Shown: piece after piece, positions 33,618 to 43,641 of the stretch
Position numbering within the stretch: the first letter of the stretch is position 1
How the letters are laid out: every line of letters begins with the position of its first letter
IMG/VR virus record: IMGVR_UViG_3300045996_002337
Coordinates: 186,001-250,000 of that record
Length of the DNA: 64,000 nucleotides
Reading direction: 5' to 3' (one strand)
The notes under the pieces: model-generated
What the model was told of the DNA's origin: nothing
Database searches by the model: none
The model's input: only the letters and a program-made list of their open reading frames with translations
Program-made: the position numbers and the translations under genes

Positions 33618-34712
33618 TCAGGTCAGAGCACCAGCAATTGCTTCGCGGCGAGCCTGCTCAATTGCCTGACCGAGCTCCTTACCTGGAGGAATATCAGGAA
33701 AATCTGCAGCTTTAACTGGCTTTGTAACTGAGGCTGCCCTCCACAGATCAAAAGAGTTCACCTTAGGTGACTCACCAATCGATGGCATCAGTTCAACTGC
33801 TTGCACCAAATCATCGAAGGTAGAGCCTTCGCTCCATGCCTTCGCTGCTTTCAGTAAGTTGAAGACGTCATCAACGGTGCGTTCCATGGTTCGAACCCGA
33901 TTCACATTCTCAAACAGCGTTCGCGTGCGAGTGTCAGCGCTGACACGAACAGTGGTCGAAGACGGAACAGCTGCGAGCGCAGTGTGAAACATGACGCGTT
34001 CTGCTTCATCAACAAACACCGAGACTACTGACGCAGCGGCGATGACAGATTTCAGTCGAGCTGCATCAATGTGACCATACAGGCCTTCGAAGAACAAAAC
34101 GTTTTCATCGCAGTGCATGGCCTTCATGAGCCAGAAAAAGCGCCACGGTGTTTCTTCTTGGAAGACCTTGTGGAGCTCTGCCCAGAAGCGTTCAGCGGGC
34201 AGTTGATTCAGATCGCCGTTCTCGACCATGCGCTTCGCCAAATCCATCGTTTCGGTTGCAACACTGAAGTTGTCGTAGCGTGCAAAGAAGCGGGCTAGCC
34301 GCACCACCCGCAGTGGATCTTCACCGAAGGCAGCAGAGACGTGGCGCAGAACGCGCGCTTCCAGATCTTGCTGTCCACCCCAAGGATCGATGATTTTGCC
34401 GTCCTCATCCTCAGCCATCGCATTGATGGTCAGGTCTCGTCTCGACAGGTCGTCGGCCAGGGTCACACCGTCGGTTTCAACTGCGAAGCCGAGGTAGCCC
34501 TTGCCCGTCTTGCGCTCGGTTCTAGCAAGGGCGAACTCCTCACCACGTTCGTTCAGAAACACGGGGAAATCCGCACCCACCTGCTGAAAGCCCATGGCAA
34601 TCATTTGCTCGGGCGTGGAGCCGACAACGACGTAGTCAAAATCCTTCGGATCTCGCCCCATCAGCTTGTCACGAACTGCACCACCGACCGTGTAGACCTG
34701 ATATGTTTTCAT
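33618..34712 (-). CDS. cca: tRNA nucleotidyltransferase (class II CCA-adding enzyme)
   Basis: VGGAVRD...[45 protein letters not shown]. Confidence 0.92.
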   Translation of the reverse strand: MKTYQVYTVGGAVRDKLMGRDPKDFDYVVVGSTPEQMIAMGFQQVGADFPVFLNERGEEFALARTERKTGKGYLGFAVETDGVTLADDLSRRDLTINAMAEDEDGKIIDPWGGQQDLEARVLRHVSAAFGEDPLRVVRLARFFARYDNFSVATETMDLAKRMVENGDLNQLPAERFWAELHKVFQEETPWRFFWLMKAMHCDENVLFFEGLYGHIDAARLKSVIAAASVVSVFVDEAERVMFHTALAAVPSSTTVRVSADTRTRTLFENVNRVRTMERTVDDVFNLLKAAKAWSEGSTFDDLVQAVELMPSIGESPKVNSFDLWRAASVTKPVKAADFPDIPPGKELGQAIEQARREAIAGALT

Positions 34713-34748
34713 AGATGCATTATACACTGCCCACTCTAGGTTGTAAAC

Positions 34749-35408
34749 TCATTTCTTCCAAATCATCTGAGTGGGGTAAGAGATTGAGGACTCCTCATCG
34801 CCTTCATCGTTCTTGACAATGGTTGTGAACGAGTGCCCCTTCGAATCGGCAACGACCTTAAATTCCTTGATTGCGCCGTGGCACAGCAAAAAGCCAGACC
34901 CGTATCGTGCGTTGATGTAGAGCACTTGGTCGCCGACAGACAACAACTTACCGTCGATGTCCCTCTGGTCTGGATCCTTGAGCAGTTCGTTTTTGGCCGC
35001 TTTCCTGTCGAACATTTCGTAGACTGTAGGCCCTGTGTAGTTCGGGAGAAAAATGACTGATGCATCCGGTAACGAAAGTTGGCAGCTGTTCTTACGTTTG
35101 TCCCATTTCGCGATGCCACCAAAAATGTACGGGTTTGTGATCATGTACTGCGTCTCGCCTTGCCAGCTGCGTGACTGCATTACGGCACGTCCGTACACAA
35201 CTTCTGGGTCCATTTGCACTTTTGCAATCGACCCCTTCCGATCACCAGCAATGAACTTCACATACAGCTTGCCGCCCAGAATCTTATCGAGGAGAGCATT
35301 TCTGGCCGCGCAGTACGATACTGCCAAAGGATCATCTTCAGTTTCGAAATACTGAGGTACTTGTGGGAGCTGAAACTCATCTGGAAATTCAAAATCGCTC
35401 ATAGTCAT
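34749..35408 (-). CDS. hypothetical protein
   Basis: 219-aa ORF. Confidence 0.65.
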   Translation of the reverse strand: MTMSDFEFPDEFQLPQVPQYFETEDDPLAVSYCAARNALLDKILGGKLYVKFIAGDRKGSIAKVQMDPEVVYGRAVMQSRSWQGETQYMITNPYIFGGIAKWDKRKNSCQLSLPDASVIFLPNYTGPTVYEMFDRKAAKNELLKDPDQRDIDGKLLSVGDQVLYINARYGSGFLLCHGAIKEFKVVADSKGHSFTTIVKNDEGDEESSISYPTQMIWKK

Positions 35409-35568
35409 ACATGCCCCTCAAAGGTTCGATGGCGACCGCACTTCGAGCATTCCATCTTCACAGACGTGTGTTCGTACCCACCGCGAAAGTTGTAATCGCG
35501 AAGAACGGCTGGATTGACCCAACGATGCTCGCAAAAGAAAAGCGCCTTGATTCTCTTGAAGATTGATT

Positions 35569-35835
35569 TCACGTTGTCTCTCCATTCATGATTCGCGCAA
35601 GAGAAACGAGCTCACGCGAGGTTACCAATTTTGCACCGGCCGCAAGCGCTAGCGTTTGTTGATCACTCGTGATGTCGAAGTGCGAAAGGGCTTCTTGCGA
35701 ATGCCAAAAATGCTTCTTCACACCGATTCGCTCTGCAAATTCGCGTACCTCTTCAATTGAATCTGCTACCATGTGGGCGTAGGACTTTCTCCCACCGGCA
35801 GATTTCTTGAAAACTGGCGAATCAACGTAGATCAT
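35569..35835 (-). CDS. DUF4031 family protein
   Basis: MIYVD...HMVADS-x-EE...FAERIG...HFDIT. Confidence 0.8.
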   Translation of the reverse strand: MIYVDSPVFKKSAGGRKSYAHMVADSIEEVREFAERIGVKKHFWHSQEALSHFDITSDQQTLALAAGAKLVTSRELVSLARIMNGETT

Positions 35836-36242
35836 TAAGACCACGCAAGTAGGCGGGGGATGTCGATATCCATCGTAACGCTGTGTGGGCCCTGCGCACT
35901 GATGGGCATGGGCCACACTAGGGTGTTCGGTTCGATGTGATGCGCGCTGAGATGTTTCTGAAGGCTGATTTCAAAGTTCTTGTCAGTTGCGATGTGGCCG
36001 AACGTATCAGCGTGGTACCCGTCCAGGGTAATTGCAACTGCAGCGAAAATGAGAATGGGGTCATCATTGTCATCACAAACAACGTCGACTTTTACCCGTG
36101 AAATTGTGAACCACTGGGCGATGTCATTTCGACCGTATTGGCCATTCCCATCCTCGCCAAAGGCGCAGACAGTCTTTCCAATCAGGGCGCGCTCAAGAAG
36201 GGTAGTGCAGTCCTCTTCCAGAAGTTGACGCATGTTTTTCAT
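35835..36242 (-). CDS. hypothetical protein
   Basis: 135-aa coupled ORF. Confidence 0.6.
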   Translation of the reverse strand: MKNMRQLLEEDCTTLLERALIGKTVCAFGEDGNGQYGRNDIAQWFTISRVKVDVVCDDNDDPILIFAAVAITLDGYHADTFGHIATDKNFEISLQKHLSAHHIEPNTLVWPMPISAQGPHSVTMDIDIPRLLAWS

Positions 36243-36442
36243 TCCAAATTTCCGTTATGCCAGACGGGGCGCTTGTTGTCCCCAGTCATGGCGTTCCATT
36301 GTTGATACCAGACATCGACCCACATCATTAAAATGCGGTCGTTTTCCAGCTGCGCTTTAGATTGGCATTCCTGGAGCATGGTCCAGAATGATGTGATTAC
36401 ATCACCTTGAATTTCGATTTCGATGCGATCTAGCTGCATCAT
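36239..36442 (-). CDS. hypothetical protein
   Basis: 67-aa coupled ORF. Confidence 0.55.
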   Translation of the reverse strand: MMQLDRIEIEIQGDVITSFWTMLQECQSKAQLENDRILMMWVDVWYQQWNAMTGDNKRPVWHNGNLE

Positions 36443-36636
36443 TCCCGAAAAATGACGATGTCAGATTTGCTCGCACCAAGGATTACAGAGCGCCGCTGAG
36501 TTCTGCCGACGCATTTCAGATCGACATACGGGTGGCGAACTGCAATGACCGCAAAGACCTTGTGCCCGATCTCGGAATAGACCGGATCACGCTTGATTGC
36601 CTCGGGATGAAGTTTGACGAGCGAGCCGGCGCGCAT
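36439..36636 (-). CDS. hypothetical protein
   Basis: 65-aa coupled ORF. Confidence 0.55.
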   Translation of the reverse strand: MRAGSLVKLHPEAIKRDPVYSEIGHKVFAVIAVRHPYVDLKCVGRTQRRSVILGASKSDIVIFRE

Positions 36637-36637
36637 C

Positions 36638-36820
36638 TTAATCCTCGAAAGAAAGACGACGAAGTTCCTGCTTTTCCTTTTGCCGAGAATGGTCCTTAGG
36701 ACTCTTCATGCGGCCACCAGGTCGACTCAGCAACACGTCGTTGAGATGCTTGTTACGAGGTTTGAGCGGTTCGATGATGATCGCGTCATCATCCTTGGTG
36801 TGTTGTTTGGTCTTGTACAT
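36638..36820 (-). CDS. hypothetical basic protein
   Basis: 60-aa ORF behind a TATAAT promoter. Confidence 0.55.
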   Translation of the reverse strand: MYKTKQHTKDDDAIIIEPLKPRNKHLNDVLLSRPGGRMKSPKDHSRQKEKQELRRLSFED

Positions 36821-36886
36821 TTTCCGTCATCAAGTAAGGTTGCCAAGAATCATTATACCATCAGCGAGCCCTTAAGTAAACCGTCG

Positions 36887-37489
36887 TTACTTCTTACGCT
36901 TTCTATCAACAATGCCAATGAACTTAGGGTGCGACATGATGAACTTAACGTTCTCATCGTCTTCCCCGAAGATCTCAATGGTGGCCTTTTCGATGTAGAC
37001 GCCCTTAAGAAAGCTGTTCAAGTTCTTCACCTCACCACCTGGGGCTTCGAAGCGCTTCATGTCTATCACTGGCCTGTCGAGCTTGTCACCATCTGAATCG
37101 TGCGTCTTCATGTACGTATCAGGTGTGGCCTGGACGACGAGAAATTCTTCACGTTCCCGCTTGTGATTGTTACCGCGCGGAAGACTGTAACCCCAGTTGA
37201 ATGGGATGAACTTGTACTTTTGGCGCAGCTTGTCTTGGTCGATCACGAAAACCACCCCACCCCAGCTGATTGCATATTCACGATCGCGGGTGAAGGAAAG
37301 CCCCTTCATCCAGTACGATCCTTGATACTCTGGATCGTCGTCCTTCCGCCGCTTGCCATCAGGCCACCAGCGCTGTGTTGTGGTCGCCAACATCTTGTTG
37401 TCACGCAGCGCCTGAGCTGCATATTCGAGCTTCATGCCATGGAATAGCGGGGCTCGTGCCTGCTCCTGAAGAAGGTCAATGATTTTCAT
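36887..37489 (-). CDS. hypothetical protein, possible ADP-ribosyltransferase fold
   Basis: LFHG...GLSFTRD...EREE order resembles the ART beta1/beta2/E-x-E pattern; MKIIDLLQEQ N-terminus. Confidence 0.45.
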   Translation of the reverse strand: MKIIDLLQEQARAPLFHGMKLEYAAQALRDNKMLATTTQRWWPDGKRRKDDDPEYQGSYWMKGLSFTRDREYAISWGGVVFVIDQDKLRQKYKFIPFNWGYSLPRGNNHKREREEFLVVQATPDTYMKTHDSDGDKLDRPVIDMKRFEAPGGEVKNLNSFLKGVYIEKATIEIFGEDDENVKFIMSHPKFIGIVDRKRKK

Positions 37490-37689
37490 GTTGCTAATGT
37501 CAGCAGCCACTGCGCTGATTCAATGACAAGTTCGGCCTTGACGATTTTGCATGTAGGGTGCTTTTTGCGGGCATGATTTAACATCCACGCCCTTTCATCT
37601 GGAAGCATCCCAAGCTCCTTGCCGCCAAACAAGTGATCCGCTATAACGTCCTCTTGTTCTGGAGAAACTGGAATGCTGAGCTGAATCAC
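37486..37689 (-). CDS. hypothetical protein
   Basis: 67-aa coupled ORF. Confidence 0.5.
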   Translation of the reverse strand: MIQLSIPVSPEQEDVIADHLFGGKELGMLPDERAWMLNHARKKHPTCKIVKAELVIESAQWLLTLAT

Positions 37690-37895
37690 TTCAGGCCCTT
37701 TGCTTTCCGCTTTTCTGTCATGCTATCAGCCATGCGCTTCAGGTCCTCTGCCGAATACTCGAGCGCGCGAATTTGGCTGTTGACAGGAAGGTCAATTTGC
37801 TGAACGAGCTTCTCAAGGCGCTCGACCGCGTCTTGGATCTTCATCATTTGCGCGTTGAACATGTCGTCGGCGTTTGCTTCTTGGATCAGTTTCAT
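37686..37895 (-). CDS. hypothetical coiled-coil protein
   Basis: 69-aa ORF; TAAATA at 37923-37928. Confidence 0.55.
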   Translation of the reverse strand: MKLIQEANADDMFNAQMMKIQDAVERLEKLVQQIDLPVNSQIRALEYSAEDLKRMADSMTEKRKAKGLK

Positions 37896-37905
37896 GGTGT
37901 GTCCG

Positions 37906-38841
37906 TTAGATAAGGTCAGCCTTATTTATTGTCAGCGGTTCCACAGTTCGGAATTCTTTTTCAGTCGCCTGATAGAAAGTCCAGCTGCCCAGTTCAATGC
38001 AGGTAAGGGCACACCAGCCCCGGACCTTTATGTTGCCGCTGTAGCTCTGCTCACCGAATGAACCGTACGCACATGTATCGATGTTCGTCTGTCCGACAAT
38101 CGTGACTGGCCGCTGCATGATGGTGTGACCACTGATGATGTGCGACAACTTGTCGTTGAAGACAGCAGTGCCGTTTCGCAGCTTCAATGTGCGAATGATC
38201 TTTTCGCGGTTGCTTAGGTCGGCACGATAAAAATCGTAGAACAGATGGCGGCCCCACAGAAAAGAATCACCATCCCCGTTCTGCTTGGTCGCCAAGGCGT
38301 GAACCTTCTGCCCATCCGACAGAATTTCATCGGTTATGACGTTGCCTGGCGGCAGTTCGGCGTGGATCACATGGAACTTCTTCCCATCCGGTCGATTGAT
38401 CGTGATCATGAAAGGAAGGTTCTCAACGAAGGTCAGCAGGTCAATCAGCTCCATGTCCTCGTCACTGATCAGTGGCATGTGCTCAACACGCCCAGCTTCC
38501 TTCGCTTCAAGAGCGCGAGAAACGTTCCACGCCTCAGCTCCCCACATGCCACCGTTCTGGAACCAAAATTGCCCCATGTAGCCACCGCGAAACGCTTCAA
38601 GCATCATCTGCTCGTGGTTAGAGAGGACTGCATGGAACCAGGGCTTGCGTAGCAGGGCAAGGCAGCCAAGTGAATCTGGTCCGCGATCGACGAGGTCACC
38701 AACTGAGAACATTCGGTCCTTTGTGGAATCAAATGCAAGGTTCTCAAGCAGGTTCTCGAAGCATGCAAGTGATCCATGCAGGTCACCGATTACGAAGTCC
38801 CTACCATCGTTGTTTGGTTCAAATGTTTTGAGAATTGGCAT
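37906..38841 (-). CDS. metallophosphoesterase (lambda-PP/PphA-like Ser/Thr phosphatase)
   Basis: GDLHG, VGDLVDRGPDS, LSNHE, IHAE, SGHT. Confidence 0.9.
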   Translation of the reverse strand: MPILKTFEPNNDGRDFVIGDLHGSLACFENLLENLAFDSTKDRMFSVGDLVDRGPDSLGCLALLRKPWFHAVLSNHEQMMLEAFRGGYMGQFWFQNGGMWGAEAWNVSRALEAKEAGRVEHMPLISDEDMELIDLLTFVENLPFMITINRPDGKKFHVIHAELPPGNVITDEILSDGQKVHALATKQNGDGDSFLWGRHLFYDFYRADLSNREKIIRTLKLRNGTAVFNDKLSHIISGHTIMQRPVTIVGQTNIDTCAYGSFGEQSYSGNIKVRGWCALTCIELGSWTFYQATEKEFRTVEPLTINKADLI

Positions 38842-38843
38842 GA

Positions 38844-39470
38844 TCAGATCTTAAAAACACCATGGAACGCGCGGCGCACAACACGGCTAGACATTTTTGT
38901 AATGGCATTCGCGATGCCGGTGAAAACATTGAGGAGCAGGTCGCCGATGATCAGACTGACGGCGTAAAATGGCCAGAAAAACGTCCAGCAAAACAGGTGG
39001 TCGCCCAGCGCATCACGGTTGACCTTAGGCACGATGTTGCCATGTTCTACCTCAACGTTGATGATTCGATCGACTCGGAAACCTCCTTCAAGTCTCATAA
39101 ACGCGACCGCCACTTCAGCTGGATGTTCACGCGTGCCCTGCCGGTTCTTATGGGTTTCCCATTTCACGGCCCAATGCTTCGCGGCCTTCCTGACCGCGAG
39201 ACCGAACTCAAGCAGCGAGTACACCAAGCCAATTGTGAGGTACGTGCCCGCCGCCGCCCAAAAGCTCTCTGATAGGAATAGAGACCATGAGAGACGGCCA
39301 CCATCTAAAACGTAAGAAATGCACAGCACCATCACGCCGATTACCAACGCCCACCACTTTGGTTCTGGTCGTCCACTGCGGTCAATCGCACATCCAACAA
39401 CCAGTGCGATAAAAAAGAGCCCAATGACGATTGCGAGCCACACATTCAGCACAAAGCCAAAAACTTCCAT
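38844..39470 (-). CDS. hypothetical multi-pass membrane protein
   Basis: 3-4 hydrophobic segments. Confidence 0.65.
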   Translation of the reverse strand: MEVFGFVLNVWLAIVIGLFFIALVVGCAIDRSGRPEPKWWALVIGVMVLCISYVLDGGRLSWSLFLSESFWAAAGTYLTIGLVYSLLEFGLAVRKAAKHWAVKWETHKNRQGTREHPAEVAVAFMRLEGGFRVDRIINVEVEHGNIVPKVNRDALGDHLFCWTFFWPFYAVSLIIGDLLLNVFTGIANAITKMSSRVVRRAFHGVFKI

Positions 39471-39555
39471 GCAATTCTCCTAAGATGAGTTAAGTCATTA
39501 TACCACGAAAAATGCACTGGGTTCCAGTTGTTTCAGAATAAATAGGCAGACCACC

Positions 39556-40626
39556 TTGGAGACCTACACGATGACTACCCGCTCACTCTTTATCCTAAAG
39601 CGCCGTGCCGATTATGGCACTGACCCATCCTATGAAAGCTCGTACCAAATTGCCACTGGCATGTACAACTCCGCAAAGTTCGTTGTTGACGAGCTTGAAG
39701 CGGCAGGCCGCGAAGCAAAGTTGGTGATCGTAATCGACGGCAATGACATCGACCGTGAGGTAACGGAGTACAAACCTACCCACGTGTTCATCGAAGGTTT
39801 GTGGGTAACACCGCTGAAGTTTCGACAGTTGAAGTCAATTGCTCGACACAAGGACGTTAAGTGGCACGTCCGCATTCACTCTGAAATTCCGTTTGTGGCA
39901 ACTGAAGGAACAGCGTTTGATTGGATTCCGCAGTACCTTGATGAGCGCGTCTATGTTGCCCCAAATGCTCCAAGGGCCCATGAGCAGGTCAAGTGGCTCG
40001 CCACAAACATGATTGGCGATGCTAACGCCACGACGTACGTGCCCTTGCTGCCAAACTGCTATCCTGTGGATGACTTCCAACCAATTGGGAACTTGAGCAC
40101 TCGTGACAAGGACACCCTTGACATCGCCTGCTTTGGCGCCCACCGTCCAATGAAGAACCACCTGCAGTCGGCATTTATCGCGCTACGCTACGCCGAATCG
40201 CAAGGAAAGAAGCTTCGATTCCACGTCAACAACCGTACTGACCAAGGTGGCGATAGCCCCGCGAAAAACGTGCGAAACCTTTTGTCTGTTGTCAACAACG
40301 CTGAGCTTGTTGAGCACAGCTGGGAAGATCGTGAGACGTTCCTTCAAAGCCTGTCTGAAATCGATCTGTTGCTGCAGGTATCAATGTCCGAGACGTTTAA
40401 CATCGTGGCTGCTGATGCAACTCTAGTGGGTCGCCCAATGTTGGTCTCTAAGGAAATCTCTTGGGCTTATCCTACCTACGGCGATCCTCAATCGGTCGAT
40501 GATTGCCTGAAGAAGCTTGAGCTGATCATGTCGAACAAGAAGTTCTTCATCAACAGCAATAGAGCCGGCCTCAACATTTACGCTGCGTCAGCGCGTCGTC
40601 GCTGGTTGAACTACTTGGGGGTATGA
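39556..40626 (+). CDS. GT-B glycosyltransferase-like protein
   Basis: FGAHRPMKN and SMSETFNIVAADATLVGRPMLVS resemble GT4 donor-binding motifs; TAAATA at 39539-39544. Confidence 0.65.
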   Translation: METYTMTTRSLFILKRRADYGTDPSYESSYQIATGMYNSAKFVVDELEAAGREAKLVIVIDGNDIDREVTEYKPTHVFIEGLWVTPLKFRQLKSIARHKDVKWHVRIHSEIPFVATEGTAFDWIPQYLDERVYVAPNAPRAHEQVKWLATNMIGDANATTYVPLLPNCYPVDDFQPIGNLSTRDKDTLDIACFGAHRPMKNHLQSAFIALRYAESQGKKLRFHVNNRTDQGGDSPAKNVRNLLSVVNNAELVEHSWEDRETFLQSLSEIDLLLQVSMSETFNIVAADATLVGRPMLVSKEISWAYPTYGDPQSVDDCLKKLELIMSNKKFFINSNRAGLNIYAASARRRWLNYLGV

Positions 40627-41222
40627 TGGGACTTATTGCTGATCGTGACGGAGTGGACGTTGTTATCACTCCAGCTGGAAATGAACACCCATTCAAGGAG
40701 ACATTGGATTTCAACTATGGGCGCCTTCAGCTTGCAAAGCTTGAGGACCGCTCGAAGGAATGGAAGATCAATGTCTATGATGGACGCACCCGCCTAGGTA
40801 AAGCCGAGTTCAAGGCCTACCAATTCATCGCTGATGGTGTCACAAGACGAACCATCAGTCTTTCATTTCTAGAACTTGATGAACGTCAACGTGGCATGAA
40901 GCGAAGCTATGAGCTCGTCAACTTCATTATCGACATGGTCACGAAGTCATGCGACCGTGATTGGGGTGAAGCCCACGGAAAGCCAGTTGTCTTCATCGAA
41001 CAAAAGTTCTTTGACAACGTGAAGAAAGAAGATCGCGGTCTCTTTTTCGGCATCTTCAAGAAGGTCATTGGCGCCATTGTTGGTGGCAAGGATGACAAGC
41101 CAAAAGTAACGCCAGACCACGATCTGGTGCTTTCACCAATAGGTGATGACGTGTCAATGCAGCTGATTGAAGGGCACGTCCTCAGGTCTGATGGGCTTAT
41201 TTCCCCGATTGGTCATCGCTGA
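40623..41222 (+). CDS. hypothetical protein
   Basis: 199-aa ORF coupled to the glycosyltransferase. Confidence 0.6.
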   Translation: MMGLIADRDGVDVVITPAGNEHPFKETLDFNYGRLQLAKLEDRSKEWKINVYDGRTRLGKAEFKAYQFIADGVTRRTISLSFLELDERQRGMKRSYELVNFIIDMVTKSCDRDWGEAHGKPVVFIEQKFFDNVKKEDRGLFFGIFKKVIGAIVGGKDDKPKVTPDHDLVLSPIGDDVSMQLIEGHVLRSDGLISPIGHR

Positions 41223-41385
41223 GATAGACAATAACTGACATCATGTAACCGGCTTTTGCGAGCTCGGTTACAATGTCACCGACTTCATCCTGACTGAAGT
41301 TGAAGGTTACACGATCAGCGCCATCAGCCCCCGCTTTTTCCAGAGCAGCATCCACAAGGTCCATTGTTGACTTGGTGTTTTTCAT
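41197..41385 (-). CDS. hypothetical protein
   Basis: 62-aa ORF. Confidence 0.5.
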   Translation of the reverse strand: MKNTKSTMDLVDAALEKAGADGADRVTFNFSQDEVGDIVTELAKAGYMMSVIVYLSDDQSGK

Positions 41386-41391
41386 GTTGAC

Positions 41392-41928
41392 TCACTTTCT
41401 ATGTTTCAGGATGACTTCATCGCTCAGCTTGTAGCAGAGCACCGCGAGCTGGTCGTAGTATTCCAACGTCATGTCGATGACCTGTTCGATCTGTTCGCGT
41501 GTTGCCATGATGCGAACAGGAATCATTCGCTCAATGAAGAGCTCACCACATGGTGACTTCCACTGCCCCTTTGCCGGCGACATGATCGTCAGCCCGCCAG
41601 AGATAGCACGAACCTTTTCGTCCCAGACTTTGTGATAGCGTGTGGAGTATGAGTTCCTCTTTTCCCAACGATGAATCTCGCCGGCGTAAGCTTCTTCGTC
41701 ATCCCACTCTTTGCGACGGGGCGTTTTCACACGCTTCTCAGTCGGAATCAAAATTTCCCACATGCACGCCTTCACTTCTTCCTCCATCGTTTCAAGCACC
41801 AGTGGTTGCCCATCATTATCTCGTTGAAGGTGCCGAAAAATGTAATCGCGGTGGCCAGTATCCATGAACTCACGGTTCACTGGAATCCGGCTAACCTCGC
41901 CCCATCTTTCAAAGAGATAGTACTTCAT
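41392..41928 (-). CDS. hypothetical protein
   Basis: 178-aa ORF. Confidence 0.65.
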   Translation of the reverse strand: MKYYLFERWGEVSRIPVNREFMDTGHRDYIFRHLQRDNDGQPLVLETMEEEVKACMWEILIPTEKRVKTPRRKEWDDEEAYAGEIHRWEKRNSYSTRYHKVWDEKVRAISGGLTIMSPAKGQWKSPCGELFIERMIPVRIMATREQIEQVIDMTLEYYDQLAVLCYKLSDEVILKHRK

Positions 41929-42389
41929 TTCTCATAATCGAAGTTGATCTTCACGCAGGTCTTTTCCTTAAACGACTGGTAAGCCATTTGGAAAAAGGTC
42001 GGTTCGCGATACTCAAACCTTCTGTTAAACTTACGTTCATTCCTTGCGTCTTCCCAGCGATAAAAAGCTTTTAGCAGCGTGTAAACAACAAACGTTATGA
42101 TCGCGGCGAGAGCAATTCCAAAAATCATGCCGAGCGCCATTCGAGCTTCTTCTTCGGGGGCCACAAACCCGTGCACTGAGATCGCGCCAATCCAACCGAT
42201 AAGATCAGCGACACCAACCATGACGAGCACGACTGAAACAGCCGCCACGCCGAAAATGATTTTCAGCAGCCCATACATGACGTACTTAAGATAGGAACAG
42301 AGATCCATGCAGCACCGCGCTCTAATAGATCCATAGCCCGTAGCAAGTCGGTAATGGAGGCTTCGCGTCTTGAGGGTGAATTCTTTCAT
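41925..42389 (-). CDS. hypothetical membrane protein
   Basis: Two TM segments. Confidence 0.6.
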   Translation of the reverse strand: MKEFTLKTRSLHYRLATGYGSIRARCCMDLCSYLKYVMYGLLKIIFGVAAVSVVLVMVGVADLIGWIGAISVHGFVAPEEEARMALGMIFGIALAAIITFVVYTLLKAFYRWEDARNERKFNRRFEYREPTFFQMAYQSFKEKTCVKINFDYEK

Positions 42390-42401
42390 GATTTTCCTAG
42401 G

Positions 42402-42617
42402 TTACGAAAGTGCGTAGTGAAGCATGTGGGCCGCCGTAAGAAGGCAGATCACGAGGCCGGTGACGAATGCGAACACGATAGAAAGTCCATTTCGAACTTT
42501 TTCGCTGAATCGGCGGAAGAGGTAGGTGTAAAGCAACCAGTCGATCGCGACCATGATTACGCCACCCGCAAGAACGCTTAGACCTAGAAGTGCAATCAGC
42601 CAATGTACGAATGTCAT
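42402..42617 (-). CDS. small membrane protein
   Basis: Likely start MTFVHW downstream of the tRNA; two TM segments. Confidence 0.5.
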   Translation of the reverse strand: MTFVHWLIALLGLSVLAGGVIMVAIDWLLYTYLFRRFSEKVRNGLSIVFAFVTGLVICLLTAAHMLHYALS

Positions 42618-42631
42618 CTCATTCCTTTTTG

Positions 42632-42706
42632 TGGTACCGCCGGCGGGAATCGAACCCACGTCTCAGGCTTAGGAGGCCCGCGCACTTTCCACTGTACTAC
42701 GGCGGT
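42632..42706 (-). tRNA. tRNA-Arg(CCT), isolated
   Basis: CT-CCT-AA, CCA. Confidence 0.9.
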
Positions 42707-42718
42707 GCAATACTTACG

Positions 42719-42961
42719 TCAAAGCCCTTCAGACGCGTTTCGGACCTTCAGCGCTTCGATTTCAAATTCAAGCACGAGCCGCTTGCAGGCGTGTGTATCG
42801 AAGCTCATCAACATGTAGGCTTCCACGAAAGCAAGGGATTTCTCATGCATTGGGATGTCCGACCGCATCTTGGTCTTTAGAGCGGCGAGCTTTGGCGCCC
42901 GCTCCGCGATCAGCACCATCGCCTGAGCATTGGCGAACTCATCATGATAGATGTTACACAT
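42719..42961 (-). CDS. hypothetical protein
   Basis: 80-aa ORF. Confidence 0.55.
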   Translation of the reverse strand: MCNIYHDEFANAQAMVLIAERAPKLAALKTKMRSDIPMHEKSLAFVEAYMLMSFDTHACKRLVLEFEIEALKVRNASEGL

Positions 42962-43214
42962 CCTTCTTTTCCTTCTTTGGCTTTCCGCCCTTTACAAAGA
43001 AGGACGTGAGCAGATCGTCGGTCATGCTCTTCATGTGGGCGTGCAACCCGTCGTGGGGACGGGTGCCAGCCATGTAGAACTCCTTCTTCTGACCGGTGGT
43101 CAGGAACGTGAGCGCAAGCACGACTCCGACGCGAGGAACGGCGTGTGCACCCCATTCGTAGGCGTCATCTACATCGCGGACCGTGTAGCTGAAAAGATCA
43201 GGAGAGAAGTTCAT
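42954..43214 (-). CDS. hypothetical protein
   Basis: 86-aa ORF directly behind an early promoter. Confidence 0.6.
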   Translation of the reverse strand: MNFSPDLFSYTVRDVDDAYEWGAHAVPRVGVVLALTFLTTGQKKEFYMAGTRPHDGLHAHMKSMTDDLLTSFFVKGGKPKKEKKDV

Positions 43215-43219
43215 GATGC

Positions 43220-43249
43220 ATTATAACCAACATCATGAACCTTGTACAC
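43220..43249 (-). promoter_or_regulatory. sigma70-like early promoter (representative copy)
   Basis: TGTACA(43248-43243)-N17-TATAAT(43225-43220); same spacing at 48246-48274 and 49924-49952. Confidence 0.75.
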
Positions 43250-43426
43250 TCACTCGCTACGTTTATGCGCTTCTAACTGCTCATCCGAAATACCAGCCAA
43301 ATCAACAATAGCTTCATTGGTGTCCGACTTTTTCTTACCGAAGATCCGATCCCACCCATCGCGGTACGACTCGGTTGAGGTCTTCGTGGCGATTGAATCA
43401 CCCGTGATGTCGTTGCGAGCGGTCAT
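43250..43426 (-). CDS. hypothetical 58-aa protein (not in ORF track)
   Basis: MTARNDITGDSIATKTSTESYRDGWDRIFGKKK... Confidence 0.55.
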   Translation of the reverse strand: MTARNDITGDSIATKTSTESYRDGWDRIFGKKKSDTNEAIVDLAGISDEQLEAHKRSE

Positions 43427-43641
43427 GGAAGATTCCTAAACAGCTCATAGGCGTCATCGCTGTTCTTCTTGATTTCTTTCTCAGTCCGCACCTTACTGCC
43501 GGTGCCGACGTTTGCCATGACCCACTTATCAGCAAGTTCAAGGAGGGCATCCACCTTCTTCTCGTTCATGCTGACGGTGCGGTGAAAATTGAGGCGATAG
43601 AGGAACTGTTCTACGAGTTCGAATTTTTCTTTCTGTGTCAT
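43423..43641 (-). CDS. hypothetical protein
   Basis: 72-aa coupled ORF. Confidence 0.55.
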   Translation of the reverse strand: MTQKEKFELVEQFLYRLNFHRTVSMNEKKVDALLELADKWVMANVGTGSKVRTEKEIKKNSDDAYELFRNLP

